Part shown: positions 16,516 through 25,761 of the stretch, one piece after another
Numbering within the stretch: the stretch's first letter is position 1
How the letters are laid out: every line of letters starts with the position of its first letter
Assembly (NCBI RefSeq): GCF_035285525.1
Contig: NZ_JAYKGW010000186.1
Coordinates: forward strand, 1 to 32,000
DNA length: 32,000 nt
Direction: 5' to 3'
Source: Okeania sp.
GTDB lineage: Bacteria; Cyanobacteriota; Cyanobacteriia; Cyanobacteriales; Microcoleaceae
The notes under the pieces: model-generated
Seen by the model: the letters and a program-made list of their open reading frames with translations, nothing else
Databases searched by the model: none
Told to the model about the DNA's origin: nothing
Position numbers and translations under genes: made by a program

Positions 16516-19251
16516 CTAATTTGACTTTAACTGATTCAGGCGATCGCGTAATATTTCTGCCTGTTTTTCTGCCTCTGCTAAATTATTTCTAGTTTCTTCT
16601 ACAAATTTAGGATCTGCCTTCTCAACAAAAGCAGGTTTACTTAACCTTTTAGAAGTAGATAAAATTTCTTTTTCTAACTTTCCTAATTTCTTTTCTAACC
16701 GAGCTGATAAAGCTTCAATATCTACTACTCCAGATAAAGAAATTAAAACTTGTACGGTTCCAATCACACCTGCAATAGTTTGACCAATTTTTTCATCAAT
16801 CTTAGCAGTAATATCTAACTTTTCAATCTTGACTAAATTCTGAATATAAACCTCTCCTTTTTGCAAAATTTTTCGTTCTTTTTCATTCTCACTTTGCAAA
16901 ATTGCTGTGATTTTCACCTTGGGTTTAATATCAACTTCTGCCCGTAAATTTCTCAATGTCCGAATTACCCCAATTAATAATTCAAACTCCTCTTCTAGAT
17001 CGGAATTAATTAAAGATTTCTCTAACTTCGGATAAGACTCCAAAGCCAAACATTTTTCTTCTCCAACCTGATTTAAAGTATGCCAAATTTCCTCAGTAAT
17101 ATGAGGCATAAAAGGATGTAATAATCTCAAAAATCCATCCAAAACATAAGCCAAAGTTTGCTGTGCCACTAACTTAGAATTTTCATCCTCACCCTGCAAA
17201 CGAGACTTCACTAATTCCAAATACCAATCACAAAAATCTCCCCAAATAAATTCATAAATACCTTTAGCAGCTTCCCCCAAACCATAATTATCTAAATAAT
17301 TACAAGTTTGCTGTACAGTCTGATAGAAACGAGACCAAATCCAACAATCAACTAACTCTAATTTATCCGCCTCTGGTTCTCCTAATTCTTGAGGAGTTTT
17401 CCCCTCTAATTTCATCATTACAAATCGAGCAGCATTCCAAATTTTATTAGTAAAATTTCGAGACGCTTCTACCGATGCTGACTCATCAGTTTCTCGATTA
17501 TAATCCATCCTTACATCTTGTCCTGCTCCGGCAGTTTCTCGCATCAAAGTATAACGCAAAGCATCAGTTCCATACTTTTCAATTAATAATAATGGGTCTA
17601 TTCCATTACCAACAGATTTAGATTGTTTTTTGCCGTTTTCATCTAACATTAAACCGTGAATATATACAGTTTCAAATGGCATTTCCCCAGTTAAATGTAC
17701 TCCCATCATTGTCATTCTAGCAACCCAGAAAAAGATGATATCAAAACCAGTTGAAAGAGTGCTAGTCGGATAATATTTAGCTAAGTCGGGAGTGTTTTCC
17801 GGCCAACCTAATGTGGAAAACGGCCATAAACCTGATGAAAACCATGTATCAAGCACATCTGGGTCTTGTTGAATTTTTACATCATCTCCAAATTTTGCCT
17901 TTGCTTGCTCTAATGCTTCCGCTTCCGAACGAGCGACAATAAAAGGAGTGCCATCAGTAATTTCGCCATTAGTTTCGCTGATAGCATACCAAGCCGGAAT
18001 TTGATGACCCCACCACAGTTGCCTAGAAATGCACCAGTCTTTAATTTTTACTAACCAGTCGCGATAAACTTTCGTCCAACGTTCCGGAACAAATTTCGGT
18101 TGATTGTGTTCATCTAATAATTCCAGTGTTTTCGTTGCCAATGGTTCAATTTTGACAAACCACTGAGTTGAAAGTAGAGGTTCTACAGGTACTTTCCCGC
18201 GATCGCTATAAGGAACGCTATGACTATATTCTTCTATTTTAACCAAAAACCCTTCTTCTCTTAATCGTTTGATAACATTTTTCCGTGCCTCAAAACGGTC
18301 TTGTCCGGCAAACACTCCGGCATTTTCATTCAAACTGCCATCCTTATTCATAATATTAATAAATGGCAAATTATGACGTTTACCCATTTCAAAATCATTG
18401 GGGTCATGGGCTGGAGTAACTTTAACACAACCAGTACCAAACTCAAGGTCTACCAACTCATCAGCAACAATAGGTATTTCCCGTCCCATTATTGGTAGAG
18501 TCAGAGTTTTGCCAATCAGATTTTTGTAGCGATCGTCATTGGGGTTCACTGCAACACCAGTATCTCCCAACATTGTTTCTGGACGAGTTGTAGCAACTTC
18601 CACATAACCACTACCATCAGTGAGGGGGTAGCGGAAATGCCAGAGGTTGCCATGAACTTCCTTATTTTCCACTTCCAAGTCAGAAACCGCAGACTGACTA
18701 GCAGGACACCAGTTCACCAAATAGTTACCGCGATAAATGAGACCTTGTTCATAGAGACGCATGAATGCTTCAATCACAGCTTTAGATAAACCTTCATCCA
18801 GAGTAAAACGTTCCCGCGTCCAGTCTGTAGAAACTCCGAGACGACGCAGTTGATTAACAATAGTACCACCAGACTCCGCTTTCCATTCCCAAGCACGTTC
18901 CAGGAATTTTTCCCGTCCGATATCGTAGCGAGTTTTGCCTTCAGCTTTCAGTTTACGTTCCAGAATAGTTTGAACTGCGATACTAGCGTGGTCAGTACCA
19001 GGGAGATAGAGGGTATTTTCACCCCGCATTCGATGGTAACGGATCAAAGTGTCAATCAGAGAATTATTAAAAGCATGACCTGCATGGAGACTACCTGTAA
19101 CGTTTGGTGGAGGAATAACGATACAGTAAGGGTCTCCCGGTTGGTCAGGGTTGGCTTGGAATGTATTATTTTCTTCCCAATATTTTTGCCATTTAGCTTC
19201 AGTGGCAAACGGGTCATATTTGCTTGGTAGTTCAGGTATGGTTTTGGTCAT
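16516..19251 (-). CDS. valS: Valine--tRNA ligase
   Basis: 911 aa: [15 protein letters not shown] (HIGH-class motif), KQSKSVGN (KMSKS variant), a class Ia editing-domain layout and a C-terminal coiled coil (..[18 protein letters not shown]). Confidence 0.96.
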   Translation of the reverse strand: MTKTIPELPSKYDPFATEAKWQKYWEENNTFQANPDQPGDPYCIVIPPPNVTGSLHAGHAFNNSLIDTLIRYHRMRGENTLYLPGTDHASIAVQTILERKLKAEGKTRYDIGREKFLERAWEWKAESGGTIVNQLRRLGVSTDWTRERFTLDEGLSKAVIEAFMRLYEQGLIYRGNYLVNWCPASQSAVSDLEVENKEVHGNLWHFRYPLTDGSGYVEVATTRPETMLGDTGVAVNPNDDRYKNLIGKTLTLPIMGREIPIVADELVDLEFGTGCVKVTPAHDPNDFEMGKRHNLPFINIMNKDGSLNENAGVFAGQDRFEARKNVIKRLREEGFLVKIEEYSHSVPYSDRGKVPVEPLLSTQWFVKIEPLATKTLELLDEHNQPKFVPERWTKVYRDWLVKIKDWCISRQLWWGHQIPAWYAISETNGEITDGTPFIVARSEAEALEQAKAKFGDDVKIQQDPDVLDTWFSSGLWPFSTLGWPENTPDLAKYYPTSTLSTGFDIIFFWVARMTMMGVHLTGEMPFETVYIHGLMLDENGKKQSKSVGNGIDPLLLIEKYGTDALRYTLMRETAGAGQDVRMDYNRETDESASVEASRNFTNKIWNAARFVMMKLEGKTPQELGEPEADKLELVDCWIWSRFYQTVQQTCNYLDNYGLGEAAKGIYEFIWGDFCDWYLELVKSRLQGEDENSKLVAQQTLAYVLDGFLRLLHPFMPHITEEIWHTLNQVGEEKCLALESYPKLEKSLINSDLEEEFELLIGVIRTLRNLRAEVDIKPKVKITAILQSENEKERKILQKGEVYIQNLVKIEKLDITAKIDEKIGQTIAGVIGTVQVLISLSGVVDIEALSARLEKKLGKLEKEILSTSKRLSKPAFVEKADPKFVEETRNNLAEAEKQAEILRDRLNQLKSN

Positions 19252-19270
19252 TTCAGTTATTAATTATTAG

Positions 19271-19361
19271 CAGGATTTACGCAAAGCTACTATATATAGA
19301 GTCAAAAAACGATTGCGCTATAGTTTTAAACACTATATCTATGGTCGCTGCGTAAGTCCTG
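19271..19361. mobile_element. 91-bp MITE-like element with 13-bp terminal inverted repeats, 20 nt upstream of the valS start
   Basis: caggatttacgca ... tgcgtaagtcctg. The reverse complement of the right end is caggacttacgca. Same family as 2476-2567. Confidence 0.75.
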
Positions 19362-19640
19362 ATTAGTTAACTTCCAATAGAGGAGTTTAGTTAACAGTAC
19401 CTTCTAATTAATCAGGAGGCTGGAAATTCAAAGTTTCCTTAATATTCTGTAGTCAAGTTAGTCTGTAGATAGGGTTGTCAAGGGCAAAATTCATGTGCTA
19501 TGTTAGTCTGGAATTTCTTAAAAAGATAGAGTGCGAAAACAGGAAAAACTATTTATCAGGTAAAACACGAATTACTTTCAAATTATCCGATCCAAGAGCT
19601 GCAAAAACCTACAATAAAATTCAGGGCGATTTGTATTAGA

Positions 19641-19747
19641 TATCTCCAGAAAAGAGGGAACAGGTATGGAGGTAACAGGGAACAGAGAAGAATAATGGAT
19701 AATTTCTAGATAAGAATTGATTTTACTTTTTATTTTTGGAGATGTCT
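19641..19747. mobile_element. MITE-like element, inverted relative of 12003-12085
   Basis: atctccagaaaagagggaacagg..ggtaacagggaacag...aattgattttactttttatttttggagatgtct. The right half is repeated at 20317-20345. Confidence 0.7.
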
Positions 19748-20627
19748 ATTTTATACATAGGACTAAAGCCATGAACGCTATTGGTAGGCGGAGCTTTGCG
19801 TTCCGCAAAGCTCCGCTTTATATGTCGGCTCAAGCGCCGAAACACTACGCGACATGTAAAGGGCGCAACGCAAAACGCACCAATACCCCATATCTAGTGC
19901 CTTTGCTTAAGTCCCAGTATATTTCGGGATAATGAGGTACAGGATAAATGCTGAAAATATTGTACTGCTGGCCGGAAAGCCGATATGGGAGTTTATCTCA
20001 CGGGTAAAGGAAAGCGCTGTAGGTGTTTTCTGACTCTTGTTTTAAATAGCAAAAACCTTGAGGCGATCGCTTAAAAAAATTATGGCGATCGCCTAAATTG
20101 GTAGACGCTATATAGAACCCATTTGGGATTTATAAAATTAGGTAGGGAGATAGTGAATATGGGGCTTTTTTCTACCTTTTTCCCTATTCTATTTTTCAAT
20201 ATCTCCTCTTGGGAGGGGTCAGGGGTAGGTTGAGTCCTGTCTACTTTGCCACAAACTCCCAGCGGGTGCAAAGATACCAAATCCCTTCTATAGTGTCTTT
20301 CAGTAAGTCCTGTAATAATTGATTTTACTTTTTATTTTTGGAGATATTTAAGAAATAAAGAGCCAAATGTTAAGACAAATTTATCAACGGTTAAAGTTTG
20401 TTTAAGCCCCTTGCTGTTGTCAAAAAAATCTGCTAGTATCAGCACTGCTTCTAATTTGCTAGTGTCATATCAAAAAAAAGGGTGTTTATATATTAGAGAC
20501 TACGGAACAGTTCCGCGACGCCTCCCAAAATAGCGCTCGCCTTGATATCCTCTTAGTCAATGATGACGGCTTTGATGCCCCAGGTATTAATATTCTCTTC
20601 GGTCAATTAACTGAAGCGGGGCATAAT

Positions 20628-22646
20628 GTGACGATGGTAGGACCAAAAGAACAACAAAGTGGTACTGGTATTGCCATTGATGCCGATCGCATTTTTCAAC
20701 CCATCGAAACAGTCAACATTGCTCCTAATAAATGGTTCGTCGATGCTACCCCTGTCGTAACAACTCAAGCAGGTTTGGATTTTATTCTCGACGGCGAAGA
20801 ACCAGATTTAGTGATATCCGGTATCAATGAACGAGCAAATATCGGTACTAATATTGCTATTTCTTCTGGCACTGTTAGCGCTGCTACCACTGCTATCCGT
20901 CGAGGTATTCCGGCGATTGCAGTCAGTGCTGGAGGAAGTGATGAAGAAGCTACCGATAGAGCATACACTATTGGTTCTCAGTTTGTAGTAGATGCAATCG
21001 ACCAGTTGATTGCCACTCAAACCCCAGGAGAAGAACTACTACCAGAAGGTGTAGGGTTGAACATCAACATTCCAGGGGAGTTTCCGGAAGGAATAGAGGG
21101 CGTGCGAGATGTAGCATTTACCAGGTTAGACGAAACTACAACTTTTAATATCTTTTTTGGCGAACTTCCCTCCAGTTTTGGAGAGGGGGCAGGGGTATTG
21201 GTGAGCGGTGTCGAGCCTATAGAACCTAGTGCTATCAATGACCCGACTTCCGAAGGAGAACAATTTCTCTCCGGTGCAATAACTGTTACTCCCATTGATG
21301 GCAACTGGAGTTCATCAGAAACTGTATTACAAAACTTGAGCGATCGCTTTGCTGCTGCACCCGCTAATCCTACTGTCACTCCCCTCAATATTCTCATTAC
21401 CAATGACGATGGTTTTGACGCTCCTGGTATAGCAGTCTGGCGCGATGCCTTAATTGCTGATGGTCACAATGTTACTTTAGTTGCTCCCAAAGAGCAGCAA
21501 AGTGGTCAGGGAACTCGTCTGGATGTAAACGCCATTTTACAACCTGTAGAAATAAGTAACTTTTCCGAAAACGAATGGTTTGTTGATAGTAGTCCCCGCA
21601 CCGTTACCTGGGCAGCTTTGGATTTCATTCTCGCCGACCAACCACCAGATTTAGTAATTTCCGGTATCAATGAAGGACAAAATATCGGTCCTGGGGGTGC
21701 GGTTTCTTCAGGAACTGTGAGTGCTGCTGTTACGGCTCTTTTGCGGGGAGTACCATCAATTGCATATCTAGGGGAAGACGACAGTCGCCCTAGTACAGAA
21801 ATTGCTTATCAAATCGGCGCAGACTTTGTGGCAAACACAATCGCTCAATTACAAGCAACTCAGGGAAGCGATTCTGGGATTTTGCCTCCAGGAACTGCCC
21901 TCAGTGTTAATATTCCAGTAGATTTCCCAGAGGGAGTCGAGGAAATACAGGGTGCTGTATTGACTTTACCCGATGCTATTACTCCCCTTGAGATTACTTT
22001 CGGTCCTCTTCCCGAAAATTTTGGTGGTGGCGTGGGATTAGGCATTGCTACTACATCACCAGATGATATTACTAACATTCCGCCACTCTCGGAAGGGGGG
22101 CAGTTTTTGTCTGGGTTTATTACTGTATCTCCCTTAGATGGAGATTGGACAGCTCCCGACGATCTACGTTTAGCGACGAGCGATCGTCTCGCTGCTCTTA
22201 ATGTTCCCCAACTGCCTGATACCGCTTTCGATCCAGTGACTGGCATTTCCGTGGAGGAACTCTATAACGATGAGTTTTATCTGAGTAACAACCCTAGCGT
22301 TGCTTCTGCGGTAAATGAAGGAACTATATCTGATGGTTTGACTCATTTTCTTCAGTTCGGTCAAGCTGAGGGTCGCGATCCGAGCATTTTCTTCAATACG
22401 GATTTTTATTTAGCTAATAATATAGATGTAGCGACAGCAATAGCAGCAGGAGAAACGACTGCGGTTAATCATTTCGTCAATTTTGGCGAATCGGAAGGTC
22501 GCTCCCCTAGTGCTAGTTTCGACGAAGGTTTCTATTTAGAGAACAATCCCGATGTTAGCGCTGCTGTTGCGGGTCGGGAATTTGGCAATGGTCTCCAACA
22601 CTTTGTTTTATTTGGAGAAAACGAGAACCGTTTGGCAGTAGGATAA
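20628..22646 (+). CDS. Tandem-duplicated SurE-like 5'/3'-nucleotidase/phosphatase with three C-terminal ~38-aa repeats; true start unresolved
   Basis: The second SurE unit reads PLNILITNDDGFDAPGIAVWRDALIADGHNVTLVAPKEQQSGQG. The first unit's equivalent (LDILLVNDDGFDAPGINILFGQLTEAGHNVTMVGPKEQQSGTG) starts about 30 codons upstream of the GTG at 20628. That frame is open back only to the stop at 20460-20462, with no ATG, GTG or TTG in between. The C-terminus carries three copies of FYL.NN.(D/S)VA.A...G......HF..FG..EGR.PS. Confidence 0.75.
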   Translation: MTMVGPKEQQSGTGIAIDADRIFQPIETVNIAPNKWFVDATPVVTTQAGLDFILDGEEPDLVISGINERANIGTNIAISSGTVSAATTAIRRGIPAIAVSAGGSDEEATDRAYTIGSQFVVDAIDQLIATQTPGEELLPEGVGLNINIPGEFPEGIEGVRDVAFTRLDETTTFNIFFGELPSSFGEGAGVLVSGVEPIEPSAINDPTSEGEQFLSGAITVTPIDGNWSSSETVLQNLSDRFAAAPANPTVTPLNILITNDDGFDAPGIAVWRDALIADGHNVTLVAPKEQQSGQGTRLDVNAILQPVEISNFSENEWFVDSSPRTVTWAALDFILADQPPDLVISGINEGQNIGPGGAVSSGTVSAAVTALLRGVPSIAYLGEDDSRPSTEIAYQIGADFVANTIAQLQATQGSDSGILPPGTALSVNIPVDFPEGVEEIQGAVLTLPDAITPLEITFGPLPENFGGGVGLGIATTSPDDITNIPPLSEGGQFLSGFITVSPLDGDWTAPDDLRLATSDRLAALNVPQLPDTAFDPVTGISVEELYNDEFYLSNNPSVASAVNEGTISDGLTHFLQFGQAEGRDPSIFFNTDFYLANNIDVATAIAAGETTAVNHFVNFGESEGRSPSASFDEGFYLENNPDVSAAVAGREFGNGLQHFVLFGENENRLAVG

Positions 22647-22955
22647 TTTGAGGGAAGGGAAGACAGAAAAATCAAGGAAAAATTATTTCTCCTACTTTAT
22701 CTGTCTTCCTTTCCTGGAAGCAGAGTCTATATTATTCTGACTAAAGAAAATTGACAAATTATTATGCTAAATATCAGGAGTATTAGCGATCGCTTATCTG
22801 CTACAAAATTGTCAATCTGTCAAACTGCTAATAAAGTCAAAATGTAGGGGCAAACGGCGGTTCGCCCCTACTGTTTGCTGCACTGAATTATTAGACTGGA
22901 TCAAGGCAAATCAAATAGCAGACAAACGCTTGACTTCAATATCACCAATGGTCAT

Positions 22956-23198
22956 TTATGCTTGCCAGAGATCGTACTGGGTTTGCTGTTTAAGCCAACT
23001 TTCAGCGGATGTACCAAAAGCTTTAGAAAGTCGTATGGCTATCTCAGGGGTTATGTTTGCCTTACCATTCAAGATGGCAGACAATGTTTCTTGGCTTACG
23101 CCCAAAGCTTCTGCAACCTCAGTAACGGTTAGATTCAAAGGTTCAATGCAGAGTTCTTTCAGCACTTCCCCTGGGTGGGGTGGGTTGTACATTTTCAT
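22956..23198 (-). CDS. higA: HigA-family antitoxin (XRE-type HTH)
   Basis: [77 protein letters not shown] is the canonical HigA/VapI pattern. The ORF track begins at TTG 23201; ATG at 23196-23198 is more likely. Confidence 0.88.
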   Translation of the reverse strand: MKMYNPPHPGEVLKELCIEPLNLTVTEVAEALGVSQETLSAILNGKANITPEIAIRLSKAFGTSAESWLKQQTQYDLWQA

Positions 23199-23472
23199 CA
23201 ATGGTAGTCCTCAAGATTAACATCAAAGGCATCAACTTCATTAAATTTGAAGGTGATACGCCAATTTCCAGATACTTTGACTGACCAAGTTCCTTTACGT
23301 TAGCCAGATAATTCGTGAAGTGCCAATCCAGGCAAATTCATATCTTGTGGGCAAGTTGCTACATTCAGACGTGCTAAAATCAGTCTGATGCGATTAACAT
23401 ATTTAGCTTGAATACCACGAGTTCCGATTCAAAAAATCGCTCTAAACCACGATGCTTGAAGTTAATTATCAT
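23198..23472 (-). pseudogene. higB: HigB (RelE/ParE superfamily, killer protein) toxin pseudogene: one frameshift plus one in-frame stop
   Basis: The minus strand reads MIINFKHRGLERFFES, then the frame slips near 23420-23425. It resumes as TRGIQAKYVNRIRLILARLNVATCPQDMNLPGLALHELSG-TAA(23300-23302)[37 protein letters not shown]. Length is 275 nt, not a multiple of 3. Confidence 0.8.
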
Positions 23473-23535
23473 TATTATCTTACATGAAAAATAGGAGCTA
23501 ATTATAACTCTTATTTAAACTGAGAACTTCAACCT

Positions 23536-23946
23536 TTAGAAGACAGGAATATAAACCTTAGCACCAGAAAACTGGAAGTAAAACTCATCTCCAACTCGTC
23601 TCCACGAACCGTCAATTCTATCCACATAACGTCCTTGATAAACTTCTATAATCGCATCACCGCTTTTACCTGCATAAATAGTTGCTCCTTCATCTGTATG
23701 TGGAACACCAACTTTGTAAATAGCTCCATTCTGATTGCGCTCTCTACCGATCAAACAGTATCGAGTCCTATGACCGTTTCTAGCTATTAGATCAACTTCT
23801 AAATAATTAAATCTTTTGCAATTTACAGGACGAGAAAAACTTGGCTTTGCCATTCTTAACAAGGATACAAAGATAAGTATTGGAACAATCTTTATCCCAC
23901 CTCCTTGCATAATTTTATGAATTAAATGCACCATAATAGCCTCCAA
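23536..23946 (-). CDS. Hypothetical protein with N-terminal hydrophobic or signal segment; start uncertain
   Basis: 136-aa ORF containing IKIVPILIFVSLLRMAKP followed by a soluble domain. No family recognised. Confidence 0.4.
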   Translation of the reverse strand: MEAIMVHLIHKIMQGGGIKIVPILIFVSLLRMAKPSFSRPVNCKRFNYLEVDLIARNGHRTRYCLIGRERNQNGAIYKVGVPHTDEGATIYAGKSGDAIIEVYQGRYVDRIDGSWRRVGDEFYFQFSGAKVYIPVF

Positions 23947-24148
23947 AATAAGTAAATTGTACCTATATAATTAATCAGGTTACTGTACGATTAATTATGC
24001 AGAAAAATCGGAATAGACTATAAACTATTATTTCTAATACCTAGAGAACTGAGGGAAAAAATAAAATTGTGCTCAATGTTTAGGGATGAATGGGCAGCTA
24101 TAATCTATATATAGAGCCTTGGTGCGTTACGAACTGGGCTAACAAACC

Positions 24149-24321
24149 CTAGTGGCGCGTCAAGACTAAAATTCTGGTTTAGAAGCAAGCAACAAGCGAA
24201 GACCTCTCCCCCAACCCCTCTCCTGCGAGGAGAGGGGGGTTCTCTCCCCCTTCCCTTGCAGGGAAGGGGGTTGGGGGGTTAGGTTTTTTAACCTACATTT
24301 TCAAGCTTGATGCGCCACTAG
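24149..24321. mobile_element. ~173-bp MITE-like element with 16-bp terminal inverted repeats and a G/C-rich palindromic core
   Basis: Left end ctagtggcgcgtcaag (24149-24164); right end cttgatgcgccactag (24306-24321), with 1 mismatch between them. The core is cccccaacccctctcctgcgaggagagggg...cccttcccttgcagggaagggggttgggggg. Confidence 0.75.
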
Positions 24322-24458
24322 CAATAGTAAGTCTTGTTTGTGTGACGAAATTTTCAGCAAAGAATAGTACCACAAGAATAAAGTAATTCTAGTTGTCAAC
24401 TAAAGGTAATAAAACTGATAGCTAATAGCTCACTGCTAAATAGCTAAATGTTTACCTA

Positions 24459-24780
24459 TTAATAAACAGCAAAATCAGTAATCTTACGTCCCTCAGGTGT
24501 TTTGAAAGCAAGTACAATTTGGTGATGAGGTACACCTAAATTAACAAGTTCATTATCAACACCATCTTGTTGTATCTAAAATTTTTTGGTTGATCATCTC
24601 AAGATGAATTAAAGTTCTATAAAATCGTCTACTTTTTTGCCAACCTATTTATATTAGTAAGTAATGATTTCGAGTTTCATCTATAACTAATTGACATTGC
24701 ATTTCTGGGTCATTTCCAATATATTCAATATAGTCTTCTAAGACTTTAATAATTACTTCCTTAAGTTCAATATTTAACAT
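24459..24780 (-). pseudogene. xisI: xisI-family pseudogene (premature stop(s) and a frameshift)
   Basis: The minus strand reads MLNIELKEVIIKVLEDYIEYIGNDPEMQCQLVIDETRNHYLLI-TAA-IGWQKSRRFYRTLIHLEMINQK. After a frame change and a TAG where W is expected, it reads IQQDGVDNELVNLGVPHHQIVLAFKTPEGRKITDFAVY-stop. Length is 322 nt, not divisible by 3. Confidence 0.75.
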
Positions 24781-24850
24781 ATCCATCTAACGGGATTAAA
24801 GCTAAAAAGATGTAATATTTGATTGAGGTACTGATAACTGATAACTGAAT

Positions 24851-25693
24851 TTAACGTATCCATTTAACAATTACCTCTTCAGTAGGATTAAAACTAAAAA
24901 GACGTAATATTCGATCTTCTATTAACATTATTCCAGCTTCTTCTTCAAAAACTGATTGACGTACTTTTTCAGAAACAGCTAAATATAATTTTCCCTCAGA
25001 TTATTCAGCAATTAATAATTAGGGTTTGCTGATTAAATATGACAACATTAACAGATAAAGGTAAGTGCCTTTTTTAGTCCGGAAAAAGTACCAGCTTTTA
25101 GGTCTTGAAAGCTAAAAAGTCTAGTATTTTTGGCTAATTGTGACAGAAAATCCAGGGATAAGTCTTCCTCCTACCTCTTCTGTAATTCCCATTCCTCCTG
25201 GATTGCTGGATTGCTGGATTCTGACTCCTCCCCCTACCACTCATACTTTTTCAGCAAACCTTAATTAATAATTATATTACCCCTTCTTCAAAGAAGAGGA
25301 TTGACTAATCAGGAAAATTTTTATCCCCTTAAAAGGGGAGGCTTCCAGGCGTGAATTGTTGAATGAATAATTATTGACTATCAACTTTGAATTATTAATT
25401 ATTAACTATTAATTATTAATTATTCGGTAACGATTTAAAATATGTTCATACAACACAAAATGACCAATAGCTTGTTCTAAATCCTTCATTTCCGAAGCAC
25501 TCCGAAAACTTTTGACTTCAATAGCAATTTTTTCTAGTCCTTTTGCTGCTCCAATGAGACGTTCTGCACCTAAATCGACAAATAAATTTTTGCCCCTTGT
25601 AAGTTTAGGACGATATGGATCGTGAGTAATTGTCTATCCATCTTTTAAAAGAGCAGATTTAACAGTATTATGATAATAATCGCGGGCTGGCAT
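24851..25693 (-). pseudogene. xisH: xisH-family pseudogene: nonsense codon plus ~400-bp repeat insertion
   Basis: MPARDYYHNTVKSALLKDG-TAG(25634-25636, W expected)-TITHDPYRPKL..LGAERLIGAAKGLEKIAIEVKSF..GHFVLYEHILNRY. This is interrupted between about 25010 and 25425. It then resumes as EGKLYLAVSEKVRQSVFEEEAGIMLIEDRILRLFSFNPTEEVIVKWIR-stop (24851-24853). Confidence 0.75.
25019..25266. mobile_element. 248-bp MITE-like insertion inside xisH
   Basis: Terminal inverted repeats are ttagggtttgctga (25019-25032) and tcagcaaaccttaa (25253-25266). The flanking ttaataa on both sides is a possible target-site duplication. Confidence 0.7.
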
Positions 25694-25761
25694 TATGGCT
25701 ATTTTCCTTAACAGTAATTAGCTATGATTAATTATAGCTTTTTGTTACTGCTTTGATATAA

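Noticed and set aside
18301-19230. Plus-strand ORFs 18301-18498 and 18850-19230
   Set aside because: They are antisense to valS and show no recognisable features.
19717-20280. ORFs 19717-19932 (+) and 20080-20280 (-)
   Set aside because: They are composed of dispersed repeat sequence (ggcggagc..ctacgcgacatg family, gggaggggtcaggggtaggttgag family, HIP1 hairpin). No coding signal is apparent.
20765-22364. Minus-strand ORFs inside the SurE-like gene (20765-20968, 20808-21020, 21017-21403, 21860-22246, 22170-22364)
   Set aside because: These are antisense shadow ORFs of a relatively GC-rich gene. Their translations are Ser/Pro/Gly-rich with no motifs.
22930-23220. 96-aa plus-strand ORF
   Set aside because: It is antisense to higA.
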